This document shows positions 18,435 to 27,941 of a DNA stretch of 64,000 nt, in pieces. The position numbers and the translations under genes are program-made. The notes below the pieces were generated by a model. It was not told the DNA's origin. It worked only from the letters and a program-made list of their open reading frames with translations, and ran no database searches. Each line of letters starts with the position of its first letter. The stretch's first letter is position 1. Origin of the DNA: Spirochaetia bacterium (lineage in GTDB: Bacteria; Spirochaetota; Spirochaetia; SZUA-6; Bin103); contig CBDATQ010000001.1 in the NCBI GenBank assembly GCA_965199955.1, positions 608,001 to 672,000 on the forward strand, read 5' to 3'.

Positions 18435-19787
18435 TCAGCGGAGGACCTCGTCCGCCTTCATCTGCCGGAGGGCATCCTCCACCGCCGCGACGGTGTGGTC
18501 GATCTGCGCGTCGGTGTGGACGGCGCTGACGATGAACGCTCCGCCGATCGCGTCGACGCCGCGGTTGAGCAGCGCCCGCTTGAACGGCTCGCTGTAGCGC
18601 GGCTCGCGCCCCTCGGCGACCACTTCCCGCGGCGCGGTGCAGAGCTCCGGGTCGCCGTCGTGGGTGGTGCCGAACACGATCCAGATCATCGAGGCGCGCT
18701 GGTGGCAGAAGCAGGTCACGTCCGCGACGGCGATCGCGCGGTCGATGCCCTGCCGCAGGCGGCGGGCGGCCCGCTCGGCTGCTTCGTTGGCGGTGCCGTC
18801 GGCGATGAGCTCCAGGCAGCGCGTGCCGGCCGCGGCGCTCAGGGGGTTGGCGTTGAAGGTGCCGGGATGGCCGATGCGCCGGCGCGCGTCCACGTCGGGC
18901 GGGAACGACATGATGTTGAGCAGGTCGGTGCGTCCGCCGACCGCGCCGCCGGGCAGGCCGCCGGCCAGAATCTTGGCCAGCGTGGTCAGGTCGGGCCGGA
19001 CGCCGTAGCGCTCCTGGGCACCGCCCCTGGAGACGCGGAAGCCGGTGACGACCTCGTCGAAGATGAGGAGCACGTCCCGCCGCGCGGTGATTTCGCGCAG
19101 TTGGCGCAGGAAGTCCGGGTGCACGCCGTAGTAGCCCATGGCGCCGCCGGTGGGCTCCAGCATCACGGCGGCGACGTCGCCCGCCGCAAGCGTGTCGTCG
19201 ACCGCGCCCGGATCGGCCTCCGGCAGCACGGTGACCGTGGCGCGGGTCGCGTCCGGGATGCCGGTCGCCGGGTAGCGGCCGGAGCCGCCGGCGACGTAGT
19301 CGTGCCAGCCGTGGAAGTGGTCGGCGAAGGTGACGATGCGTTCGCGGCCGGTGCAGCCGCGGGCGATGCGAATCGCCATCATCGACGCCTCGGTGCCGGA
19401 GCTGTGGAAGCGGATGCGCTCGACCGACGGCATCAGCGCCCGCACCGCGCGCGCCCAGGCGATCTCCTGCTCGGTGTTGGCGCCGAGCTGCGTGCCGTGC
19501 GGGAGCTGGGCGGTGGCGGCGGCGACCAGTTCCGGGTGGCTGTGGCCGAGCAGCAGCGCGCCGTGACCCATCACGTAGTCGACGTACTCGTGGCCGTCGA
19601 CGTCCCACTTGCTGGCGCCGTGGGCGCGGGTCATGAAGACCGGGAAGGGCAGCAGGCGGCGCACGTCGTGGGTGGCGCCGCCGGGGAACACGTCGAGCGC
19701 GTCCCGGAAGAGCTCCGCTGAGCGGGGATGGAGCGCGATGTATTCGCGCGTGATCGAGTCGGATGCGGTGAGCGTCTGGCTGGCCAT
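18435..19787 (-). CDS. Class III aminotransferase, glutamate-1-semialdehyde aminomutase-like
   Basis: WDVDGHEYVDY, SSGTEA, HFHGWHD, LIFDEVVTGFR, TLAKILAGGLPGG, HPGTFNANPLS. Confidence 0.88.
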   Translation of the reverse strand: MASQTLTASDSITREYIALHPRSAELFRDALDVFPGGATHDVRRLLPFPVFMTRAHGASKWDVDGHEYVDYVMGHGALLLGHSHPELVAAATAQLPHGTQLGANTEQEIAWARAVRALMPSVERIRFHSSGTEASMMAIRIARGCTGRERIVTFADHFHGWHDYVAGGSGRYPATGIPDATRATVTVLPEADPGAVDDTLAAGDVAAVMLEPTGGAMGYYGVHPDFLRQLREITARRDVLLIFDEVVTGFRVSRGGAQERYGVRPDLTTLAKILAGGLPGGAVGGRTDLLNIMSFPPDVDARRRIGHPGTFNANPLSAAAGTRCLELIADGTANEAAERAARRLRQGIDRAIAVADVTCFCHQRASMIWIVFGTTHDGDPELCTAPREVVAEGREPRYSEPFKRALLNRGVDAIGGAFIVSAVHTDAQIDHTVAAVEDALRQMKADEVLR

Positions 19788-19959
19788 GGTCAGGACGTTA
19801 GGCCGATCTGCCTTGGCCGTAAACGCGCCGGCCACGGACAAGTCATCTGCGCCTCAAACTGGTCGAGTTGGCGGAGCGCCTGGCCCGCGCGCCCGGTTGT
19901 CTCTGCGCATTTCGCACGCCCGACGACTGAGGCGATCCTGCTGGCGCTGACGGCCTTGA

Positions 19960-21519
19960 CTACTTGCGCGCCAGCACGTGGCCGGGAAGGGCGCCGGTGG
20001 GGGTGCCGTCGGCGATGATCGGGCGGCCGTTGACCAGCACCCAGCGCATGCCGACCGCTTCCCGGCGCGGCTCTTCCCACGTTGAGCGGGCGGCCACCGT
20101 ATCGGCGTCGAACACCGCCACGTCGGCCGCCGCGCCCACCCGGATCACGCCCCGGTCGGGGACGCGGAAGCGCTCGGCCGGAAACCCGGCCATCTTGTAG
20201 ACCGCCTCCGGCAGGCTCAGCAGGCCGCGGTCGCGGACGAACTCGCCCAGCACGCGGGCGAAGCAGCCGAAGCTGCGCGGGTGCGGGTGGGGGACGTCGT
20301 AGACGCCGTCACTGGCGACCATCATGCGCCGGTGCACGGCGGTCGCCGCGATCACCGGCTCGTGCTCCTCCACCGGCGTCTGCCAGGGGAAGACCATGGT
20401 CACCGCTCCCTCCTCCTCCATGACGAGGTCGAACGCGAACTCCTCGATCGGCTTTCCGGCCGCCGCCGCGAGGTCGGTCGTGCGCTCGCCCACGTGGCGG
20501 CCGGAGCGGCTGTAGCCGACGATCTGATCGCCGCGCCCCAGGTACTTGGCCAGCCCCGCCACCGCGATGTCTCGTACGCCGGGCTGCCGCAACCGCTCGA
20601 CCATCGCCGGCCAGCCGCCGGGTTGCAGGTGGATGGGCAGCGCCATCTCAAGGTGGGTCATGCCGGCCGGGTAGAGATAGGACTCGAACGACAGGTCCAC
20701 CCCCTCGCGGTCCACCTGTTCCAGGGCCGCGCCCGAGTCCGCGTCGACGCGCTCGTGGCTGACATGCACCGGGCACCCCGAGGCCTTGGCCAGCTCGATC
20801 GTCTCCCGCCACGCGACCGGGCGGCCCAGGTGCGAGTAGCGCTGGTGGGCGGCGTAGATGCCGCCGTGCTCGGCGGTGACCCGGCACAGGCGCACCAGCT
20901 CGTCGAAGCTGGCGTTGGCGCTCGGCTGGTAGTCCAGACCCAGGCAGAGCGCGCCGGCGCCGGCTTCCATCCACTCGCGGGTGCCGTCCTCCATCGCCTG
21001 CAGCTCGTCCGGGGTGGCGTGGCGGGCGTCCCATCCCATGGCCCGCAGGCGCACGGCGCAGTGCGGGACCTGCGGGAACACGTTCAGCGGCGTCGTGCCG
21101 GCGAAGCGGTTCAGGTAGGATTCGATGGTCGGCCAGCGCGCCTCCAGCTCCGAGCCGCCGTACAGGGTCGCGGTGTAGGCGAACAGCTCCTCGCACTGCG
21201 GCGAGTCGAGCGGCGCCCAGCCGAAGCCGTCCGGGTGCAGCAGGTTGGTGGTGATCCCCTGCCGGGCGCCCACCAGGCTGTCGTGGCCGGCGAGCAGCGC
21301 CAGTTCCGAGTGCACGTGCACGTCGATGAACCCTGGGGTGACCGTGAGCCCGGTGGCGTCGACGGTGGTGTCCGCCGTGGCGGAGCCGAGGTCGCCGATG
21401 GCCGCGATCGAGTCGCCCTGCAGGCCGACGTCCGCCCGGTAGGCAGGGCCGCCGGTGCCGTCGACGATGGTGCCGCCGGTGATGAGCACGGAGAAGGTCG
21501 GAGCGGTATTCAGGCCCAT
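19960..21519 (-). CDS. N-acyl-D-amino-acid deacylase family amidohydrolase
   Basis: GGTIVDGTG..ADVG, PGFIDVHVH, PHPRSFGCFARVLG, G..ADVAVFD. Confidence 0.88.
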   Translation of the reverse strand: MGLNTAPTFSVLITGGTIVDGTGGPAYRADVGLQGDSIAAIGDLGSATADTTVDATGLTVTPGFIDVHVHSELALLAGHDSLVGARQGITTNLLHPDGFGWAPLDSPQCEELFAYTATLYGGSELEARWPTIESYLNRFAGTTPLNVFPQVPHCAVRLRAMGWDARHATPDELQAMEDGTREWMEAGAGALCLGLDYQPSANASFDELVRLCRVTAEHGGIYAAHQRYSHLGRPVAWRETIELAKASGCPVHVSHERVDADSGAALEQVDREGVDLSFESYLYPAGMTHLEMALPIHLQPGGWPAMVERLRQPGVRDIAVAGLAKYLGRGDQIVGYSRSGRHVGERTTDLAAAAGKPIEEFAFDLVMEEEGAVTMVFPWQTPVEEHEPVIAATAVHRRMMVASDGVYDVPHPHPRSFGCFARVLGEFVRDRGLLSLPEAVYKMAGFPAERFRVPDRGVIRVGAAADVAVFDADTVAARSTWEEPRREAVGMRWVLVNGRPIIADGTPTGALPGHVLARK

Positions 21520-21530
21520 GCTCGGGGACT

Positions 21531-21665
21531 ATGAGTCCGCCGGGAGGGGCGCGCAAGCGGCCCGAGCGTCGGAGTCATAGTCGAGGTTGGGGCTGGGGGC
21601 GGACGGAGGCCGGGACGGCCTCGGTCTGCCGGCGATGAGTCCGCCGGGAGGGGCGCGCAAGCGGC
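21531..21665. repeat. 31-bp perfect direct repeat (21531-21561, 21635-21665) containing a minus-strand promoter
   Basis: ATGAGTCCGCCGGGAGGGGCGCGCAAGCGGC twice; copy 1 reads TTGCGC-N17-CATAGT on the minus strand. Confidence 0.85.
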
Positions 21666-21728
21666 ACGAAAGGCCGTGCCCGTGCTACGGTGACACCGCC
21701 CGCGCCCATCCGGCTCCATCCGCTACCC

Positions 21729-22442
21729 ATGTCCCCACTTCCCCGCGCCATGCTGATCGACCTGGACGACACCCTGCTGGCCTCCACCGAGGCCGGCCGG
21801 CACGCCATGGAGGTCATCACTCGGCAGATCGCCGACGACATCGCGGTGCCCCTGGCTCAGGTGAGCCAGGCGATCGCCGAGGCCTCCACCTGGTTCTGGT
21901 CGGACGAGGAGCGCCGCGCGCACGCGCGCCTGGACCAGGCGGGTGCACGTGCGCGCATCGTCGAGCGCGCCCTGGAGTTGCTGCGGTGCACGGTACCCGT
22001 CGACGCGGAGGCGCTGGGCATCCGCTGCGTGGCAGAACGCCTTCGAGTCCTGGAGCCGATCCCCGGCGCCATGGAGACCGTCGCCGAGTTGCGCCGCCGC
22101 GGCGTGCGGCTGGCGCTGGTCACCAACGGCGGCGCGGCCGACCAGCGCGCCAAGATCGACCGGCACGCCGTCGACCGCCGGTTCGACGCGGTGCTGGTGG
22201 AAGGCGAGGTGGGCTTCGGCAAGCCCGACCCGCGCATATTCCGGCTCGCGCTCCAGCGGCTGGAAGTGCCCGCCGCCGACGCGTGGATGGTCGGCGACGA
22301 CCTGCCCTGGGACATCGCGGGCGCGCAGGCGGTGGGCATCCACGGGGTGTGGGCGCGAGACCACGCCGCGACGGGCGCCGCGGGCGACGGAACGATGCGG
22401 CCCGACCGCACCGTGGGGACGATCGCGGAGCTGTTGGCCTGA
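21729..22442 (+). CDS. HAD-superfamily hydrolase
   Basis: DLDDTL, LVTNG, KPDPRIF, MVGDDLPWDI.GA. Confidence 0.9.
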   Translation: MSPLPRAMLIDLDDTLLASTEAGRHAMEVITRQIADDIAVPLAQVSQAIAEASTWFWSDEERRAHARLDQAGARARIVERALELLRCTVPVDAEALGIRCVAERLRVLEPIPGAMETVAELRRRGVRLALVTNGGAADQRAKIDRHAVDRRFDAVLVEGEVGFGKPDPRIFRLALQRLEVPAADAWMVGDDLPWDIAGAQAVGIHGVWARDHAATGAAGDGTMRPDRTVGTIAELLA

Positions 22443-22471
22443 GCCGCGCCGCCGTCGCTACCTTGGAGGCG

Positions 22472-22918
22472 ATGGCCACGCGGCTGCCGGTTCCCCCTCG
22501 CCTGCAACCGGTCGATCAGCGCCTGATCGCCTGGATGGACCGCCACGGTGTGCGCCTGCTGCGCGTGACCATCGGCGTGGTGTTCATCTGGTTCGGGGCG
22601 CTGAAGCTCTTCCCCGGCGCCAGCCCCGCGGCCGGCCTGATCATGTCGACCTATCCGTTCCTGCCCGCCGGTCTGTTCCTGCCGTTCCTGGGCTGCTGGG
22701 AGATGGCCATAGGCACAGGCTACGTTACCGGGCGCCTGCTGCGCGTCACGGTGGCGCTGATGTACGCGCAGATGCTGGGGGCGATGTCGCCGATCGTGCT
22801 CAATCCGGAAGCCGTGTTCGTCGCGGCGCCGTTCGTGCTGACCCTGGAAGGCCAGTACATCGTCAAGAACCTGGTCCTGCTGGCCGCCGCCATCGTCATC
22901 GGCGCCAAGGTGCGTTGA
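22472..22918 (+). CDS. DoxX-like membrane protein
   Basis: LLRVTIGVVFIWFGALK...TLEGQYIVKNLVL; GGAGG RBS. Confidence 0.75.
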   Translation: MATRLPVPPRLQPVDQRLIAWMDRHGVRLLRVTIGVVFIWFGALKLFPGASPAAGLIMSTYPFLPAGLFLPFLGCWEMAIGTGYVTGRLLRVTVALMYAQMLGAMSPIVLNPEAVFVAAPFVLTLEGQYIVKNLVLLAAAIVIGAKVR

Positions 22919-22978
22919 CCGCGAGCCGGCCGAGGTAGCCGGGAGGATCGCGCCCTCACTATCTTTCCCGGCGATCCC

Positions 22979-23977
22979 ATGGTCGAGGTCACGGCACTGG
23001 GCAAGTCGTACGGGTCAGTGCGCGCGCTCGACGGCGTGCGCTTCTCCATCGCCGCGGGGGAGATCGTCGGTCTGCTGGGCCCCAACGGCGCCGGCAAGAC
23101 CTCGGTACTGAAGATCCTGACCGGCTATCTGCAGCCCGATCACGGCACGGTCACCGTGGACGGCCTGGACGTGCTCACCGACACCCTGGCGGTGCAGGAG
23201 CGGATCGGCTACCTGCCGGAGAACGCGCCCCTCTACCCGGAGCTGACCGTGCAGTCGTACCTGCGCCACATCGCCGAGCTGCGGCGCCTGTCCCCGGAGG
23301 AGGGGCGGGCGCGCATCATGACCGCGCTCGCGGAGACCGGGCTGGCCGACCAGATGACGCGGCCGATCGGGGAGCTCAGCAAGGGCTGCCGGCAGCGGGT
23401 CGGGCTGGCTCAGGCGATCCTCCACCAGCCGAAGCTGCTGATCCTGGACGAGCCGAGCGTGGGCCTGGACCCGACGCAGATCGTGCAGATCCGCAGGCTC
23501 ATCCGCGCGCTGGCCCGGCAGAGCACGGTGCTGTTCTCCACCCACATCCTGAGCGAGGTGGAGGCGCTCTGCGACCGCGCCGTGATCATCATGCAGGGCC
23601 GCATCCGCGCCGACGCCGACCTGGAGACGCTGGCCGCCGGCACCGCGGTGCTGCTCACCCTGGCCGGCGAGGTGCCGGCGGCGCGCAAGCGGCTGCAGGC
23701 CCTGCCGGGCGTGTCGGCGGTGGAGCGCGAGCGCGACCAGCGAGTCATCCGCTACCGGATCACGGCCGCAGTGCCGGTGGAGGATCTGGGCCGCAGCGTG
23801 TTCGACGCGGCTGCCGCCGGCGGGTGGCCGGTGAGCGAGCTGCGCCAGGAGCGGCGCACGCTGGAGACGGTGTTCGACGCGTTGGCGCGTGACGCTGCCG
23901 CGGGCGCCGACGACGCTGGCGCCGAGCCGGCCGAGGACGCGGGAGCAGGCGCCGCTGCCGGGGAGGTGGCCAAATGA
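22979..23977 (+). CDS. ABC transporter ATP-binding protein (GldA-like)
   Basis: GPNGAGKT, LSKG.RQRVGLAQA, LDEP. Confidence 0.92.
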   Translation: MVEVTALGKSYGSVRALDGVRFSIAAGEIVGLLGPNGAGKTSVLKILTGYLQPDHGTVTVDGLDVLTDTLAVQERIGYLPENAPLYPELTVQSYLRHIAELRRLSPEEGRARIMTALAETGLADQMTRPIGELSKGCRQRVGLAQAILHQPKLLILDEPSVGLDPTQIVQIRRLIRALARQSTVLFSTHILSEVEALCDRAVIIMQGRIRADADLETLAAGTAVLLTLAGEVPAARKRLQALPGVSAVERERDQRVIRYRITAAVPVEDLGRSVFDAAAAGGWPVSELRQERRTLETVFDALARDAAAGADDAGAEPAEDAGAGAAAGEVAK

Positions 23978-26883
23978 GCGAAGCGAACCTCACTCGAAGA
24001 GTGACGCCTGCCCTGTCGGTCGCGCGCAAGGAGGTGCTGAGCTACTTCAGCTCGCCGCTGGCCTTCATCGCCGTGGGGGCCTTCCTGGCGGCGACCTTGT
24101 TCACGTTCTTCTGGGTGGAGGCGTTCTTCGCGCGCGGCATCGCCGACGTGCGTCCGCTGTTCGCCTGGATGCCGCTGCTGGTAATGCTGCTGGTGGCGGC
24201 GCTGGGCATGCGCCAATGGAGCGAGGAGCAGCGCTCCGGGACGCTGGAGATCCTGCTCACCCTGCCGGTGCGGCCGATCGCGCTGGTGATGGGAAAGTTC
24301 CTGGCGATCGAGGTGCTGGTGGCCACGGCGCTGCTGCTGACCCTGCCGCTGCCGCTGACCGTCGCGTTGCTCGGCGACCTGGACCCGGGGCCAGTGATCG
24401 GCGGCTACCTGGCGTCGCTGCTGATGGCGGGCGCGTACGCCGCGCTCGCCCTGTTCCTGTCGTCGCGCACCGCCAACCAGATCGTCGCCTTCATCTCCAC
24501 CGCCGTGGTGGGCGGCGCGCTCTACCTGGTGGGTACGCCGGGGGTCACCGACTTCGCCGGCGGCGCCGGCAACCTGCTGCGGCAGATCGGCACCGGCAGC
24601 CGCTTCGCCTCGATCGAGCGCGGCGTCCTGGACCTCCGCGACCTGGTCTACTACCTGTCGCTCACCGCCGGCTTCCTGGCCGCCGGCGTGCTGGCGCTGG
24701 ACGCCAAGCGGTGGAGCCGCGGGGCCGTGACGGCGCGCTACCGCCGGCGCGCGCTGGCGGCCGCCGCGCTGGCGGCCGCCAACCTGATCCTGCTCAACGT
24801 GTGGCTGGGGCCGTTCGCGCGCCTGCGCGTCGACCTCACCGCCGAACGCGCCTACTCGCTGTCGCCGGCGACGGTCTCGCTGCTGCAGGGTCTGCCCGAG
24901 CCGCTCGCGATCCGCGCCTACCTGAGCGAGCGCACCCATCCGCTGCTGGCGCCGCTGACTCCGCAGATCGGCGACCTGCTGGAGGAGTACCGCATCGCCG
25001 GCCGCGGCACGGTCACCGCCGAGGTGATCGACCCGGGCGGCGACCCGGAGGCCGAAGAGGAGGCCGTGCAGGCCTACAACATCCGGCCCACTCCCTTCCA
25101 GGTCGAGGACCGATTCGAGCAGGGCATCGTCAACTCCTACTTCGACGTGGTGGTCAGCTACGGCGACCAGTACGAGGTGCTGGGGTTCGGCGACCTGATC
25201 CGCATCGACCGCGGACGCGACGGCATCACCGAGGTGCGCCTGCGCAACTTCGAGTACGACCTGACCCGCGCCATCAAGAAGGCGTCGTCCGGGTTCCGGA
25301 GCGTCGATTCGCTGTTCGCGGCGCTGCGCGACCCCGTGGAGCTGGCGCTGTACGTGACGCCCGACACGCTGCCGGCGGACCTGGACGAGCCGCGCTCGGT
25401 GGTGGCCGAGGCCGCCGCCGCGCTGGCCGACCGGTCGGGCGGGGCGCTGGTGTTCCGGGAGATCGACCCCGGTCCCGAGGGGGCCGAGGGCCGCCGGGAG
25501 CTGGCCGAACGGTACGGCTTGCAGCCGATCGCGGTATCGCTGTTCTCGACCGAGACCTACTACTTCGACCTGATCCTGGAGTCGGCCGGCCAGGCGTTCA
25601 TCGTCCGGCCGGAGGACGAGTACAGCCCGGCGTCGGTCACCGCCGCGGTCGAGGCGGCGCTGAAGCGCGTCGCTCCGGGGTTCCTGCGCACCGTCGGCGT
25701 GCGCCTGCCGCCCGCGGGGCCCACGCAGGATCCCTTCGGGAGGCCGCAGCAGCCGTTCGCGTCCTGGCAGCTCCTGCAGCAGCAGCTCTCCGACGACTAC
25801 GCCGTGCAGCGTGTGGATCTGAGCCGGGGTGAGGTGCCCGCGCAGGTCGACGCGCTGCTGGTTGTGGCGCCGCAGGCGCTCCGCGACCGCGAGCGGTTCG
25901 CCGTCGACCAGTACCTGATGCGCGGCGGCGCGCTGCTGGTGGCCGCGGGCAGCTACCGCGCCGCCGCCGACGCGCTCGGCGAGGGCATCTCGCTGAACCG
26001 CGCCGGCGAGGGGATGGCGGCGCTGCTCGATGCCTACGGCGTGAGCGTCGCTCCCCGCGTGGTCATGGACCCGCAGAACGAGTCGTTTCCGACCACCGTA
26101 CGGAGCGGCTCGGTCCTGCAGATCCGCCCGATCGACTACCCGTACTTCGTCGACGTGCGCCGCGACGGCATGTCGCGCACCCACCCGATCACCTCCTCCC
26201 TGGAGGCGGTGACTCTCAACTGGGCGTCGCCACTGGCCGTGGACGGCGCGCTGGCCGCCGGCCGCCAGGTGGAAGTGCTGCTGCACTCGACGGCCGAGGC
26301 GTGGACCACGGGGGAGCCGGCCACGCAGCCGGACTTCGGGCGCTACCCGGACGCGGGCTTCGCGCAAGGCGACGACCGCCAGGAGTGGCCGCTGGCGGTG
26401 GCGGTCACCGGGCGCTTCCGGAGCGCGTTCGCCGAATCGGGTCCGCCACCGGCGGACGGGACGGACGGCGATGCTGCCGGCCGGCGATCGACGATCGATG
26501 CATCGCCGGAGGACACCCGCCTGGTGGTGTTCGGCTCGGGCGAGTTCCTCAACGACACGATCATGAGCCTGTCGGCGAGCCTGCATGGCGAGCGCTACCT
26601 GAACAGCCTGCAGGCGCTGCAGAACGCCGTGGACTGGGCCGTGGAGGACCTGGCCCTGCTGGGCATCCGTTCCGAGGGAGCGGTGCCCCGGCTGTTGCTG
26701 CCCATCGACGATTCGGCGCGGCGCGCCTGGGAGTTGATCAACTACATGGTCGTGGCGCTGCTGCTCGGCGCGGTGGGCGCGGTGTGGTGGATGCGCCGGC
26801 GCGGCGAGCGGGCGATGTACGGTCCGGCTGCAGGCGTCGGCGGCCCGGATGAGCAGGCGCCCGCGGGGGAGGGTGGTCCGTGA
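23974..26883 (+). CDS. GldF-like ABC-2 permease fused to GldG-like auxiliary component
   Basis: KE..SYFSSP, SEEQRSGTLEILLTLP, then DLT.ERAYSLS, EYDLTRAI, DQYLMRGG, NAVDW. Confidence 0.85.
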   Translation: MSEANLTRRVTPALSVARKEVLSYFSSPLAFIAVGAFLAATLFTFFWVEAFFARGIADVRPLFAWMPLLVMLLVAALGMRQWSEEQRSGTLEILLTLPVRPIALVMGKFLAIEVLVATALLLTLPLPLTVALLGDLDPGPVIGGYLASLLMAGAYAALALFLSSRTANQIVAFISTAVVGGALYLVGTPGVTDFAGGAGNLLRQIGTGSRFASIERGVLDLRDLVYYLSLTAGFLAAGVLALDAKRWSRGAVTARYRRRALAAAALAAANLILLNVWLGPFARLRVDLTAERAYSLSPATVSLLQGLPEPLAIRAYLSERTHPLLAPLTPQIGDLLEEYRIAGRGTVTAEVIDPGGDPEAEEEAVQAYNIRPTPFQVEDRFEQGIVNSYFDVVVSYGDQYEVLGFGDLIRIDRGRDGITEVRLRNFEYDLTRAIKKASSGFRSVDSLFAALRDPVELALYVTPDTLPADLDEPRSVVAEAAAALADRSGGALVFREIDPGPEGAEGRRELAERYGLQPIAVSLFSTETYYFDLILESAGQAFIVRPEDEYSPASVTAAVEAALKRVAPGFLRTVGVRLPPAGPTQDPFGRPQQPFASWQLLQQQLSDDYAVQRVDLSRGEVPAQVDALLVVAPQALRDRERFAVDQYLMRGGALLVAAGSYRAAADALGEGISLNRAGEGMAALLDAYGVSVAPRVVMDPQNESFPTTVRSGSVLQIRPIDYPYFVDVRRDGMSRTHPITSSLEAVTLNWASPLAVDGALAAGRQVEVLLHSTAEAWTTGEPATQPDFGRYPDAGFAQGDDRQEWPLAVAVTGRFRSAFAESGPPPADGTDGDAAGRRSTIDASPEDTRLVVFGSGEFLNDTIMSLSASLHGERYLNSLQALQNAVDWAVEDLALLGIRSEGAVPRLLLPIDDSARRAWELINYMVVALLLGAVGAVWWMRRRGERAMYGPAAGVGGPDEQAPAGEGGP
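23975..24007 (+). repeat. 33-bp palindromic dispersed element, copy 1
   Basis: TGAGCGAAGCGAACCTCACTCGAAGAGTGACGC; 31/33 identical to reverse complement of 33165-33197. Confidence 0.85.
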
Positions 26884-27878
26884 TTGCGGCGCTGCGTCGC
26901 GAGCGCGGTCTGGCCGTGCTGGCGGCGGTGCTGGTGGCGCAGGCGGCGATCCTGGTGTTGACGCGGTTGCCGGGCCGCGAGGACGTACCGGAGTCGCTGC
27001 TCGCCGGCCTGGAGGCCGGAGCGGTCACTCGTATCGAGATCGAGGACGGCGCGGACGGACACGTCGTGATGGACCGCGAAGGGGACGGCTGGGTGCTGAG
27101 CGATGCCGGCGGCTACCCGGCCGACGGCACCCGCATCGCCGAGCTGCTGGACCGTCTGGCCGCCGCCCGGCGGGACCGGCTGGTGGCGCGCACCGAGGCG
27201 GGCCGGCTGGAGCTGCGCGTGGCGCCGGACGGCTTCGAGCGCCGCGTGCGCATCGACGCGGGCGCGGTCGGGTACCTGCTGTACATCGGCACCACCGCCG
27301 GCACCGGCGCCGGACACGTGCGGGTGGACGGCGAGGACGAAGTGTGGAGCGTCGACGGAATGGCGCCCTGGCAGGTGGTCGCCGACCGGTCCGATTGGGT
27401 CGATCCGATCTACCTGCGCGTCGAAGCCGATCGGATCGCCGCCTTCGAGCTGGTGAACGCGGCCGGCTCGTTCCGCTTCGAGCGGTCGGACGGGGAGTGG
27501 ACCTCGCCCGTGCCGGGCGCCGGCGAAGTCCTGGACCAGGAGCGGGTGACCGCCTTCCTGGACCGCGTGAGCACGCTGCGGATGCGCCGCCCGCTCGGCG
27601 CCGAGCCGCCCGGCGACTACCGGCTCGCCGAGCGGGCGGCGGAAGTGCGGCTCGCGCTGAGCCCGGACGAGGACGGGGAAGGGGAAGGCGGCACCCTGGA
27701 GCTCCTGATCCTGGCCGGCGGCGACGACGATTACGACTACGTCGTGAAGAGCTCCGATTCGGAGTATTATGTGGAGGTGCCGAGCTTCACGCTCGCCGAT
27801 CTGGTCAACGCCGACCGTTCGACGTTCGTGACGGAAGGCGACACGGGCGGCTCGCCGACCGGCGATTCAGCGCGGTGA
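26880..27878 (+). CDS. DUF4340-like protein of the Gld-type ABC operon
   Basis: N-terminal TM, W......YPAD motif, usual third gene of GldA/F/G-like operons. Confidence 0.7.
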   Translation: MIAALRRERGLAVLAAVLVAQAAILVLTRLPGREDVPESLLAGLEAGAVTRIEIEDGADGHVVMDREGDGWVLSDAGGYPADGTRIAELLDRLAAARRDRLVARTEAGRLELRVAPDGFERRVRIDAGAVGYLLYIGTTAGTGAGHVRVDGEDEVWSVDGMAPWQVVADRSDWVDPIYLRVEADRIAAFELVNAAGSFRFERSDGEWTSPVPGAGEVLDQERVTAFLDRVSTLRMRRPLGAEPPGDYRLAERAAEVRLALSPDEDGEGEGGTLELLILAGGDDDYDYVVKSSDSEYYVEVPSFTLADLVNADRSTFVTEGDTGGSPTGDSAR

Positions 27879-27894
27879 GCAGACGGCCGACAGA

Positions 27895-27929
27895 CATATC
27901 GGAACACATTCCATATCGGAAACACATTC
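27895..27929. repeat. 17/18-bp tandem repeat abutting the RBS of the aldehyde dehydrogenase
   Basis: CATATCGGAACACATTC + CATATCGGAAACACATTC followed by GGAGGT. Confidence 0.75.
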
Positions 27930-27941
27930 GGAGGTAATCGA

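Noticed and set aside
18435..19787. hemL assignment
   Set aside because: GSA-like but divergent (FHGWHD) and in a catabolic/transport context; no symbol given
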